From positions 1-59,809 of the forward strand of contig CAZDLE010000002.1 of the NCBI GenBank assembly GCA_964506035.1: 59,809 nt of DNA, in the 5' to 3' direction. Shown here in pieces: positions 10,435-20,037 of this stretch (the first letter of the stretch is position 1; each line of letters opens with the position of its first letter). The stretch is from an uncultured Oscillospiraceae bacterium (GTDB lineage Bacteria > Bacillota > Clostridia > Christensenellales > CAG-314). Both the position numbers and the translations under genes were made by a program. The notes beneath the pieces were generated by a model. It did not search any database, was not told the DNA's origin, and was given only the letters and a program-made list of their open reading frames with translations.

Positions 10435-10483
10435 AGTTTTTTATCTGTTGCACTTAAGAGTATAATTCACTACTAAAAAACAA

Positions 10484-10507
10484 AAATCTCGATACGTATC
10501 GAGATTT
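10484..10507. terminator. Bidirectional rho-independent terminator-like palindrome
   Basis: aaatctcgatac/gtatcgagattt is a perfect palindrome flanked by an A-run and a T-run, just downstream of the pepV-like gene end. Confidence 0.7.
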
Positions 10508-10551
10508 TTGCGTTTTTATTCCATTTTTTAGTCGTTTTTGCTTATCAACAA

Positions 10552-11880
10552 TTACTCCGCCAAACGGTAGATTGCTTCCATGTACAACTCTGCCATAAGT
10601 TTTAGGCTTTGCAAACTGATGCACTCGTTGGGCATGTGGATGGTTTGTTCTTCCCCGGGGAAAAGTGGTCCAAAAGCAACGCAGTTGGGCAAACATCTGG
10701 AGTACGTTCCACCACCAATTGCAATGGGGCTGTCGTTTGCGTTCATTGCGCTGTTGTACACGTCCATCAAAGTGGTAACAAGGTAGGTATCACTTGCCAC
10801 AAACAACGGTTCGCTTGCGTGTTTGCCCACGATTTTGCAAAAACTCGGGCTGTTTTCCACGATAAGACTTTCCATTTGAGCGCACGTGTAGGAAACGGGG
10901 AAACGAATATCTACCGTGATGGTAACGTTGCCTTGTTCGTCGGTATTGATGACGTCCAAACTGCACGTAAGGTTACCGCTTTCGCTGTCGTGTAGGCAAA
11001 TTCCCCATTGTTTGCCGGTGGTATCACAGCACTTGTCATGCAAAAATGCCAACGTTGGGTTTTGTGGATATGCGTTGTGAAGCATTTTTATTACGGGATG
11101 TACCGCGTTGATACCTTCGTTGGGGGTGCTTCCGTGCGCCGATTTGCCCAGCGAAGTGTAGGCATACACGCCATTTTGCACGCTTTCGGTAACGTTGCCC
11201 ACAATTTGTAGTTTAGTGGTGCTGGTTGCCACACATTTAGACGGTACAACGTTGGCTCTTTCGCCTGCGTTGATGGTTACGCCGTCGGGCAGTCTACCGC
11301 AACTAAGTGCAAATTGGAAAATTCCCTTTTCACGGTTGATAACGGGAAAATCGCCATCGGGACTAAAGGAAATATCAGGGTAGGGCATTTTGCCAAAGTA
11401 GTGACGCATACATTCCATCCCGCTTTCTTCGTCGCAACCGAAAATAAGGCGGATTGTTTTTGTCGGTTCAAATCCGGCGTCTTTTAACGCTTTTAGTGCA
11501 AAAAGACAGGCAATCATCGGACCTTTGTCGTCCATAGTGCCACGTCCAAAAATTTTTTCGTCGTGGATTTCCGCAGCGTAGGGTGGGTACAACCACTCTT
11601 CCGCCTTGCTGGGAACAACGTCCAAATGACCCAAAATGCCCAAAACGCCCTTGCCACTGCCGACAAAATCTACGTGACCGGCATAACCGTCGCAGTTTAC
11701 AACGTCAAATCCCATGTTTTGCGAGGTTTCCAAAACGTAGTCTAAGCACTTTTTGATTTCCACACCGAAGGGCGCATTTTGGCTGGGTGCATCCTTTTCG
11801 GTATTGAAACGTACCGTTTGTTGCAACACTTCCACCATTTGGTTGAAGTTTTCGTTCAAGATTTGTTTTGCTTTGTTCAT
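10552..11880 (-). CDS. pepV: M20-family dipeptidase (PepV/Sapep-like)
   Basis: 442 aa with GHLDVVP, GRGTMDDKGP and the overall M20 dipeptidase layout. Confidence 0.85.
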   Translation of the reverse strand: MNKAKQILNENFNQMVEVLQQTVRFNTEKDAPSQNAPFGVEIKKCLDYVLETSQNMGFDVVNCDGYAGHVDFVGSGKGVLGILGHLDVVPSKAEEWLYPPYAAEIHDEKIFGRGTMDDKGPMIACLFALKALKDAGFEPTKTIRLIFGCDEESGMECMRHYFGKMPYPDISFSPDGDFPVINREKGIFQFALSCGRLPDGVTINAGERANVVPSKCVATSTTKLQIVGNVTESVQNGVYAYTSLGKSAHGSTPNEGINAVHPVIKMLHNAYPQNPTLAFLHDKCCDTTGKQWGICLHDSESGNLTCSLDVINTDEQGNVTITVDIRFPVSYTCAQMESLIVENSPSFCKIVGKHASEPLFVASDTYLVTTLMDVYNSAMNANDSPIAIGGGTYSRCLPNCVAFGPLFPGEEQTIHMPNECISLQSLKLMAELYMEAIYRLAE

Positions 11881-11962
11881 AGATAATTCTCCTGTTAGAA
11901 TGCGTTTTGCGTTTTTGACTTTTCGATTGCAACGCGACGTGACAAAAATTCACACCGCAACC

Positions 11963-12160
11963 AAAAACGACAGTTTTGCAAAAGATTTTGCCGAATGGCA
12001 AAAGATTTCCTTCGTATAGATTATAATATAAGAAGTTATTGCTTTGCTCGCAAGGAGCAGGAATTTTGCCGTTTTACAATCTCTAAGCACAAAAACGACA
12101 GTTTTGTATCAAAACGATAGTTTTGCAAAAGATCTCCTTCGTATAGGATATATTATATCT
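11963..12160. repeat. Degenerate direct repeats (aaaaacgacagttttg...caaaagatyTccttcgtatagRat)
   Basis: Copy around 11963-12030 and copy around 12091-12160, with internal re-iteration of aaaacgaYagttttgcaaaagat. Confidence 0.7.
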
Positions 12161-12450
12161 ATTTTACGATTTTTTGCAACAAAGTTGTGCCAAAATATGC
12201 AAAGTAATCTCAAAAACTCACAACAAAACAACCACCACGACAATAAAAGGTTGATTGGTTTGCTTTTGCCACCAAAAACGCAAAACTTCCATTTCAATCA
12301 CACAACGGCTCAATTCTTTGCAGTCAAAACAAAAGGTTATCGCATTATTACACATCTTTGCAAAAAACTTTTTGTATACTGTACACAAAAACAATTTTAT
12401 GTGCTATTATATATAGGCTTATAACAAAAACATACTACAAAAGGACGACT

Positions 12451-13153
12451 ATGACTAAAAGTAACGATGGACATCGCGAACGCCTACGCCAACGTATGCT
12501 AAAAGAAGGCTTGCAATCCTTTCAAGACCACGAAATTTTGGAATTGTTACTGTTTCAATCCATCCCCCGAAAAGATACAAACAAAATTGCTCACGACCTG
12601 ATTGACGGTTTTGGCAATCTTTATAACGTGCTCAACGCCACGCCCGAACGCTTGATGACGGTGGAGGGTGTTTCGCGCATCACCGCTTGCAACCTTGCCA
12701 TGCTAAAGGAGGTATAACCAAGGAAAAGCCAAACGTCCAAAGTTCAGTTCAGAAAACTCCCTTATCGAGTTTGCTCGCGTGCTAATCGCCGACGACTACG
12801 TCGAAAATCTTATCGTCGTGTACGTCGATCCGTCTACCACCTACCTGCATCACGAGATTTTTTCTTCCAACGATCCCGAACGAGTGGACGTGGATATCAA
12901 AAAGGTGGTTGCAACGGCAGTGCGAGTGGGCGCAAATGCGGTTGTTCTTGCCCATTGTCACCCCAACGGCGAACTTTACCCCAGCGAACCGGATATCCGC
13001 TTTACGCGTAACCTGTTTTTTGCGTTGGGCAGTTTAGATATTCTCGTGCTGGACCATATCATTTTTAACGGTGGCAACCAACACTTCAGTATGTACGAAA
13101 CGGGCATAATGAAGCAAATCCAATCGGATTATCGCAAAGTTTTGTTCTCATAA
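12451..13153 (+). pseudogene. radC: radC (JAB/MPN-domain RadC family) interrupted by a +1 frameshift near 12715
   Basis: The N-terminal part MTKSNDGHRERLRQRML...LAMLKEV stops at TAA 12715-12717. The frame one nt further continues NQGKAKRPKFSSENSLIEFARVLIADDY...VVLAHCHPNGELYPSEPDI...VLDHIIF (JAB motif). The two parts together give a normal-length RadC. Confidence 0.8.
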
Positions 13154-13468
13154 ACAAAAACTCGCTTGCGCAAAGGGAGCAGGCATCGAAACGTCTCAAC
13201 ATACACCAAACACGCCTTTTAACATATGTAAATAGGTATTTTAAGCGGTACTTTTGTAACACAACTCAATATTCGTTGCAAATCGTATCATATAACTATG
13301 CCCAAACTGCCCATTCAAGCAGTGTTTGTGTTGAGTTGAAAATGCAAACCACGTTAGCAAACGATAAATAGATTTTTGGAAACAAATCATATCTGTTTTA
13401 CAAACTATACGCAACGGCTCTCGCTGTGGTAAAAAATATATAATTAACTCTCAAGGAGAAATTTACTC

Positions 13469-14908
13469 ATGTCACAACAACTTCGTACAAGATTTGCCCC
13501 CAGTCCAACAGGCTACATGCACATTGGTGGGGTGCGCACGGCATTGTATTCATTTTTGTACGCCAAAAAGAAAAACGGCAAATTTATTTTGCGTATCGAA
13601 GATACCGACCAGGGTAGATACGTAGAAGGCGCAGTAGAGATTATCTATCGTACCCTTCGCGAAACGGGTATTATGTACGACGAAGGTCCGGACGTTGGCG
13701 GTGACTACGGTCCGTATATTCAAAGTCAACGCAAAAACGAATATTTGCACTACGCACAACAACTTGTCGAAAGCGGACATGCCTACTACTGTTTCTGTTC
13801 AGAAGAACGTCTTGCATCCTTGCCGGACGTTAACGGCGCGCGCAGATACGACAAACATTGCTTGCACCTTAGCAAGGAAGAAATTGCAATGCGCCTTGCT
13901 CGTGGCGACAAGTACGTTATTCGTCAAAACATGCCTACCGAAGGCAAAACCACCTATCACGACGAGGTTTACGGCGATATTACTATCGAAAACGCCGAGT
14001 TGGAAGACCAAATTCTTATCAAGTCGGACGGCATGCCTACCTACAACTTTGCTAACGTTATCGACGACCACCTTATGGGTATCAACTGCGTTATGCGCGG
14101 TATCGAATACCTTTCGTCCACACCCAAGTACAACCTTTTGTACGACGCTTTGGGTTGGGAACGCCCCATCTACATCCACATGCCACCCATCATGAAGGAT
14201 GCACAACACAAACTTTCCAAGCGCAACGGTGATGCCAGCTACGAAGACCTTATCAAAAAGGGATTTTTGAAGGATGCAATCATCAACTACATTGCTTTGC
14301 TGGGTTGGTCTCCTAAGGACGATAGCGAAAAAATGAGTTTTGAAGAACTTCAACAAAAGTTCGATATCAGCGGTATCAACAAAAGTCCGTCCATTTTCGA
14401 TCCCGTAAAACTTGCTTGGCTAAACTCTCTCTACATCAAGGAAATGACGCCCGAAGCCTTTGCCGACTATGCAAAACCTTGGATTGAAAACTGCTACCTA
14501 AAGGATTTTGATACCCAACTCGTTTGCAAATTGTTGCAATCCCGCGTGGAAACCTTTGCGGAAATCCCCGAAAAATTGGACTTTTTGGTAAACTATGGCG
14601 AGTTCGAAAACGATTTGTACTTCAACCAAAAACAAAAAACCGATGCCGAACAAGCAAAAACAGTTTTGCCCCTTGTAAAGGATGCGTTGCAAAATGTAAC
14701 CGAGTGGGACAACGCACATTTGTACCAAGCGTTGGTAGATCTTGCCCAAGCACAAGGTATCAAAAACGGCAAAGTTTTGTGGCCTGCACGCATTGCTTTG
14801 ACAGGTCGCGCGTCCACTCCCGGTGGAGCTAGCGAAGTTGCCGAATTGCTTGGCAAAGAGGAATCTCTCCGCCGTTTAGACGTGGCAATTGCAAATTTGA
14901 ACAAGTAG
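13469..14908 (+). CDS. gltX: Glutamate--tRNA ligase
   Basis: HIGH-type PTGYMHIGGVRTA and KMSKS-type KLSKRNG, 479 aa, strong RBS aaggag. Confidence 0.97.
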   Translation: MSQQLRTRFAPSPTGYMHIGGVRTALYSFLYAKKKNGKFILRIEDTDQGRYVEGAVEIIYRTLRETGIMYDEGPDVGGDYGPYIQSQRKNEYLHYAQQLVESGHAYYCFCSEERLASLPDVNGARRYDKHCLHLSKEEIAMRLARGDKYVIRQNMPTEGKTTYHDEVYGDITIENAELEDQILIKSDGMPTYNFANVIDDHLMGINCVMRGIEYLSSTPKYNLLYDALGWERPIYIHMPPIMKDAQHKLSKRNGDASYEDLIKKGFLKDAIINYIALLGWSPKDDSEKMSFEELQQKFDISGINKSPSIFDPVKLAWLNSLYIKEMTPEAFADYAKPWIENCYLKDFDTQLVCKLLQSRVETFAEIPEKLDFLVNYGEFENDLYFNQKQKTDAEQAKTVLPLVKDALQNVTEWDNAHLYQALVDLAQAQGIKNGKVLWPARIALTGRASTPGGASEVAELLGKEESLRRLDVAIANLNK

Positions 14909-15431
14909 TTGACAAAATAAAAGCAAAAAACGATTTTTGCAACAAATTCTAAATATCAATTTTTCAAATTCCAACATAATAATTAAATATTCGACGTCGA
15001 ATGTTTAATTCAAACGTTTATTACAGAACCAATCAAATAGCAAATCAAAAGTCATCGAGTGTTTTCGGTGACTTTTTTGTTATGTCGTCGGTTGTTTGCT
15101 GTTAACAAAGAAATTTCGCACTGACATTACTATAACAAAATATTTGAAAAAATATTGTATTGCTCTTTACAAATGGTAAAAATCGTGATAAACTAAAAAT
15201 GCCAAACAAGTTTAATATTAGCAGACGTAGGGATATTTTCTTTTGCACGGAAAAATGTTTCTTTTTTGCGCACGAAATAATCACAAGAATTTGACAAAAT
15301 CGCAAATTCCGCAGGTTATTTCGTGGGTATATCCTTTCGTGTGCTTGATACTTGTTTGGCGACAATTGGAGTTTGCGTTTTTGGTGCGCTAACTTCGGTT
15401 GGCGCATTTTTTATTTGAGGAGGATATTACA

Positions 15432-15881
15432 ATGGAAGAAAAAAGCGTAAGTCAAAACACCAAAACTATTTCAAGCGCAACGCGACGTCGCAATTCCTTT
15501 ATCTTTGGCGGAATTGCTTTGGCAGTAGTAATTCTTATAGGCGTTTGGATATGGAATTCGCAAGACGTTAACGCACCATTTATTTTGTGCGTGATAGGCG
15601 CAATTATCGTATTTACACTCGTGTCTTGTTTGATATTGGCAAACAACTTTATTGGAGAAATGTTACTGGAAATTTTTAGTTGGGGTTTTGTAAAGTTTCC
15701 GGAGCTGATTTTCATGTTAGACCTTGACGGTATCATATGGTTACTAACCGTAAAACTGTTGTTTTGGATTTTGGGCATTATATTAGCAATCGGGGCAGGA
15801 TTGTTGGCAATAGCATTAAGTGGGCTTATGTCAATTTTTGTGTATCCGTTCGCTTTGGCAAAGAGTTTTAAGGAGTATTAA
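15432..15881 (+). CDS. Hypothetical multi-pass membrane protein
   Basis: I prefer the start at ATG 15432 after GGAGGA. There are four hydrophobic segments. The stop abuts the start of the next gene (1-nt gap). Confidence 0.6.
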   Translation: MEEKSVSQNTKTISSATRRRNSFIFGGIALAVVILIGVWIWNSQDVNAPFILCVIGAIIVFTLVSCLILANNFIGEMLLEIFSWGFVKFPELIFMLDLDGIIWLLTVKLLFWILGIILAIGAGLLAIALSGLMSIFVYPFALAKSFKEY

Positions 15882-15882
15882 A

Positions 15883-18543
15883 ATGAAAAAACAATTAATT
15901 TTACTACTTTTAGTAGCACTTTTGGTGTGTTGCGTTGGATGTAATACGTCGACAACCTATACCATAAAGTGGTATGATCAAAACGGAAATTTATTGACAA
16001 CTACTTCAGTCGAAGAAAACGCAATACCAACCTACAATTATACACCGATTGATACCGACGAGTATCACTACGAATTTTTGGGTTGGTCGGCAACGCTTGA
16101 CGGACAGGTCTTGTCTGCCCTTCCTACCGCAACTGCGGAAATATCTTTTTATGCTTGCGTACGTGCAACAAAAAAATCTTATACACTCACGTTTGACAGT
16201 AATGGTGGTAGTTCGGTAGACTCCATAACCGTCGAATATGGTTCGGTCGCCGTTGCTCCGCCAAAACCACATTTAGATCAAAAACGTTTTGTGTGCTGGT
16301 GCACCGACTCGGCATTGACTACGGAAGTTAACTGGGCAACGCCTATCACAGGTAACGTAACTTACTATGCTAAATGGACGGACGAACTTTCTAATTCTAC
16401 AAAGTATACAATCTCTTGGTACGACGAAAACGGCAAATTATTAAACACTTCATCCGTTTCCGATGGAATGACACCTACTTATACGTACACATTGACTGAT
16501 ACTGCAGAATATCGTTACGAATTTTTGGGTTGGTCTAATACAAAAGGCGGACAAGCATTGACTACAATCCCTGCTGCAACAAGTGATGCAAGTTACTATG
16601 CTTGTGTTAAAGCAACAAAGAACAATTATACAATCACCTTTGATAGTAACGGCGGTAGTGCAATGGTTCCGATAACCGTGGAATACGGAACAGCTGTAAA
16701 AGAGCCGACTTCCCCAACGTTAAGTGGATATACATTTGTTTGTTGGTGTACTGATTCTTCTTTGAACACTGCCGTCAATTGGGCAATGCCTATTACGGGT
16801 AACGTAACTTACTATGCAAAGTGGACGCAATCCGCAAAACCTATTACAAAATATACAATTTCTTGGTACGACGAAAACGGTAAACTGCTTAATGCCGATT
16901 TCGTTGCGGAAAACGTAACGCCGTCGTATGCTTATAATCCTACAAACACTGCAGAATACAGCTACGAATTTTTGGGTTGGTCAACAACTCGTGACGGACA
17001 AATTCTTTCGCAAATTCCTACAGCTACACAAAATGCAAGCTACTATGCAAAGATAAAAGCAACAAAAAACAAATATACAATCGTATTTAACAGTAATGGC
17101 GGTAGCGCAGTAGAATCTATCACGGTAACGTATGGCACGGTTATTTCCAAAGTTCCCACAACAGAATACGAAGGTCATAAATTTGTAAGTTGGTGTACCG
17201 ACTCTGCTTTAACGTCTGCCGTTGATTGGTCGTTGCCTGTAACGGCAAACGTGACGTACTACGCAAAATGGAATATCTCGATAGATATAAAACAATATCT
17301 AAATGCACTTCTCAGTGGGTATAAACTCGATCCGTATAGTTATTTACCGGAGAGCATGCGTCCCACTTTCCAAGACAATTTGATAGATGCTGACGACGTT
17401 GTTGGCGATTACTCAAGTTTTGTAAACGTTTCTAACATCACTTCGCAAGGATTTGGCGAACAATGGCACATGGTTTTAGATAATCTTCAGGAATCTAAAA
17501 ACTTCTTTAACGTGTTGAGCGTTGTGGAAACGGTATCGTCCGGTGCAGTTACTGCGTTTAACAACTATTTTGACAAAAACCCAAGCGAAACGGCTCGTTA
17601 TACCGTTAAAAACGGCATTTATTCTACAACTATCGACTACGACGGAACCTCGTTATTCTTTGTTGTTGAGTACACCGACACCATTCCTGTGTTTGGCGAA
17701 CAAAGTGTTCAAATCGCACTTTCCTTAAATGTTGAAACGGGCGAAAAAACTTCTCGTATTCAAATAGGTGATGCAAACGCATTGCGCTATACCGTAGGTG
17801 AAAATTCCTACGAATTCGACATCAAGTATTTGGGTGTAAGACGTGCACACTTTGACGTTAGCAAGGATGCGGACGGCAACGTTAGTGGACATATTAACGA
17901 GTTTATTACCGCTGCCGATTCGATAGAAACGGCAAGCGCGGCAGATTTTTATGTTAACGATAAATACGTTGTTGCTGTTGGAAACAAAGCAGATGCTTAC
18001 GTTGCATTTACAGGTTATATTGCAGAAACTTACGACGTGGTCACCGGAAAATTATTGGGCTACGAAGTGCAAGAAACTCAAAAACAACTTTCCGTTACTT
18101 ACAATACGCTTTGGTTTGATTTATGCAACGTTAGTGGTATCACGTCTATCAAACAAGATGCCGACGAAAACATCTATATCAATGGTTCTTCCGCCAAGTG
18201 GGAAGTTAAAAAGGTTGGTGGTATTAGTTTGAAGACAGCCTCGAGACGTTTCGATATCGAGTTTAGAACGCAATATTTCTACACCTACGATACGGAAAAC
18301 GAAAAATACGTCGAAGTTAAAGCGAGTGTTCCAATGATGTTTATTCAACAAGAAAACTTCGACACCTTCACCGATGATGTTAAATCGACAAACAACGTTA
18401 CGTTGACTGTTACGACAGACGACACAACTCTCGATGCAATAAAAGAATATTATACAACGTTGGTGCCTGTTTTTATAGAAAACAAAGACAAAGTTACTTC
18501 TGCCCAAATATTAGAGTACATCGGCGATAAAATAACGTTTTAG
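15883..18543 (+). CDS. Large surface lipoprotein with three InlB B-repeat (Listeria-Bacteroides repeat, Flg_new)-containing modules and a ~420-aa unique C-terminal domain
   Basis: Signal peptide plus lipobox MKKQLILLLLVALLVCCVGC. Each module contains YT[LI]TF[DN]SNGGS...ITV.YG...F[VC]WCTDS...NVTYYAKW. I prefer the start at ATG 15883 after aaggag. Confidence 0.85.
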   Translation: MKKQLILLLLVALLVCCVGCNTSTTYTIKWYDQNGNLLTTTSVEENAIPTYNYTPIDTDEYHYEFLGWSATLDGQVLSALPTATAEISFYACVRATKKSYTLTFDSNGGSSVDSITVEYGSVAVAPPKPHLDQKRFVCWCTDSALTTEVNWATPITGNVTYYAKWTDELSNSTKYTISWYDENGKLLNTSSVSDGMTPTYTYTLTDTAEYRYEFLGWSNTKGGQALTTIPAATSDASYYACVKATKNNYTITFDSNGGSAMVPITVEYGTAVKEPTSPTLSGYTFVCWCTDSSLNTAVNWAMPITGNVTYYAKWTQSAKPITKYTISWYDENGKLLNADFVAENVTPSYAYNPTNTAEYSYEFLGWSTTRDGQILSQIPTATQNASYYAKIKATKNKYTIVFNSNGGSAVESITVTYGTVISKVPTTEYEGHKFVSWCTDSALTSAVDWSLPVTANVTYYAKWNISIDIKQYLNALLSGYKLDPYSYLPESMRPTFQDNLIDADDVVGDYSSFVNVSNITSQGFGEQWHMVLDNLQESKNFFNVLSVVETVSSGAVTAFNNYFDKNPSETARYTVKNGIYSTTIDYDGTSLFFVVEYTDTIPVFGEQSVQIALSLNVETGEKTSRIQIGDANALRYTVGENSYEFDIKYLGVRRAHFDVSKDADGNVSGHINEFITAADSIETASAADFYVNDKYVVAVGNKADAYVAFTGYIAETYDVVTGKLLGYEVQETQKQLSVTYNTLWFDLCNVSGITSIKQDADENIYINGSSAKWEVKKVGGISLKTASRRFDIEFRTQYFYTYDTENEKYVEVKASVPMMFIQQENFDTFTDDVKSTNNVTLTVTTDDTTLDAIKEYYTTLVPVFIENKDKVTSAQILEYIGDKITF
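15958..17274 (+). repeat. Three tandem ~440-480 bp intragenic coding repeats
   Basis: Modules start at YTIKWYDQNG, YTISWYDENG and YTISWYDENG. By eye they are roughly two-thirds identical at protein level. Confidence 0.8.
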
Positions 18544-18671
18544 TAAAGTAACTAACAAAAAGTAAAACGAATTGGCAATTCGTGGAACTTGTTTAATTTC
18601 AAATGATGCATTGACTAATGTAAATTTTCTAAAAAGTAAGGCGAAATAATCATTCGTTCTAAAACCCAAAA

Positions 18672-18694
18672 GACCTGCACTTGTCGTGCAGGTC
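18672..18694. terminator. Hairpin between convergent lipoprotein genes
   Basis: gacctgcac-ttgtc-gtgcaggtc followed by tttgtgttt. Confidence 0.65.
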
Positions 18695-18727
18695 TTTGTG
18701 TTTACTGTTTATTCAATTTTTCTTCCG

Positions 18728-19783
18728 TTATTCGACAGCTTCTCTAATTGCAGTAGCAACGTTGTCCGTTACGTAGTTTGTCAGTTGGTAACTAACAAAG
18801 CCCACGCGGAAACGCAAAATGGTGTGCATGGGGATGTATTCGCCCACAACGTCGGTGCCGATTCTGTCCAATCCCTTTTCCGTAAGGTCGGGAAGGTTAA
18901 CCTGCGTCATAAAGGACATTCCGTCCAACAAAACGTCCAAGCGGTTAACAATGGTGGGCACTTGCGCGCTTTCCGTTGTGCCGTCAAAGGTGTGCTCTAA
19001 CAAAAATCTTTGTGATGCGTTGTACACAAAGGACATTTTCTTTGTGGATTGTGTAAGCGGATCGAAAACCATCACGTTGGGGCTATCTTGAAAACCGCCG
19101 TTGGTTTTGTCGAAACAACGAATGTACGTCAGCACTTGGTTGTTGTCGATAACGTTGGTGCCGGAAATTTCCGTTGTGACGGGATCTTCGCCGTCTTTTA
19201 CAGTTTTTGCGATTGTAGATTTTCCACGAGATTCGTAGGTGGTTTGTACGGAATAGTTGCTTGCGCCTTGATACTGCTTGCCAACGTAAAAACCGTTAGC
19301 GGTGGTAGAGGAGGAAATAGGCGTTTGTGCAACCCCCGTCGAAAACACAACTTCCGTGTTGGTGGTGGATTTCAACGTGTAGTGGGTGTCCGTTTGACTG
19401 TCGATATAGTCTGCAAGTTTTTGTGCGTCAACAATGCCCTTTTCGTAGGTGACAAGCATTGTTTGAGCCGTTGTAATTGTGGTTTTTTGTGCAGAAACGT
19501 CGGTATTTAGCGTTATCGTGAACGTTCCGCTGATGCTTTCGGGTGCAACGCGGTCCAGCTGTCCACCAAGCGGATTTAGCTCGCCGGAATACAAAAAGTC
19601 GCGGTAGTAGGTGCCGTTTGTGGTAGACGTGGAAGAACTAAAGTCGCAAAGGGATATATCGTAGGTCCAACTTTCGGTTGTGTCCCATCTAACCTTTTTT
19701 TCCGTTACGGCAACGTTGTTACAAGCGGTAAAAATACCCAACGTCAAAATCAAAAGAAGCGCAAGCGCAAATATTTTTTTCAT
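18728..19783 (-). CDS. Hypothetical lipoprotein
   Basis: MKKIFALALLLILTLGIFTAC lipobox, 351 aa, no recognisable catalytic motif. Confidence 0.75.
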   Translation of the reverse strand: MKKIFALALLLILTLGIFTACNNVAVTEKKVRWDTTESWTYDISLCDFSSSTSTTNGTYYRDFLYSGELNPLGGQLDRVAPESISGTFTITLNTDVSAQKTTITTAQTMLVTYEKGIVDAQKLADYIDSQTDTHYTLKSTTNTEVVFSTGVAQTPISSSTTANGFYVGKQYQGASNYSVQTTYESRGKSTIAKTVKDGEDPVTTEISGTNVIDNNQVLTYIRCFDKTNGGFQDSPNVMVFDPLTQSTKKMSFVYNASQRFLLEHTFDGTTESAQVPTIVNRLDVLLDGMSFMTQVNLPDLTEKGLDRIGTDVVGEYIPMHTILRFRVGFVSYQLTNYVTDNVATAIREAVE

Positions 19784-20037
19784 TACTGTCCATCCTTACG
19801 GTAGATTTTTTTGTTCACGTGTTCGCGTTCGTTTCCTAAAGGTCGTCACGCAAACGATATTTTGTATAGTATACCACACAAAAGGGTGTTTTGACAAGTC
19901 TTATTGCGTGATTGCCTTTGCGCGTACTGCTATTTTGGGAAAAGTTGCAAAATTAGTGGGATAGCCGTTGCAATCGACGGTAAAAAATGGTAAAATACTT
20001 GCAAGCGGACGGGCGGAACCGTCCAAAGGACCAGCAA

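Noticed and set aside
9927-10476. Two 99-aa ORFs sharing the peptide ENTTTYNKKQHIK.AQRFFGDVPNAIC
   Set aside because: The shared peptide is merely the translation of the 81-bp DNA repeat. The ORFs overlap, lack an RBS and have non-protein-like sequence.
13154-13468. T-box leader upstream of gltX
   Set aside because: No T-box consensus (…GGTGGTACCGCG…) or specifier-loop/terminator arrangement is visible. The region is simply AT-rich spacer.
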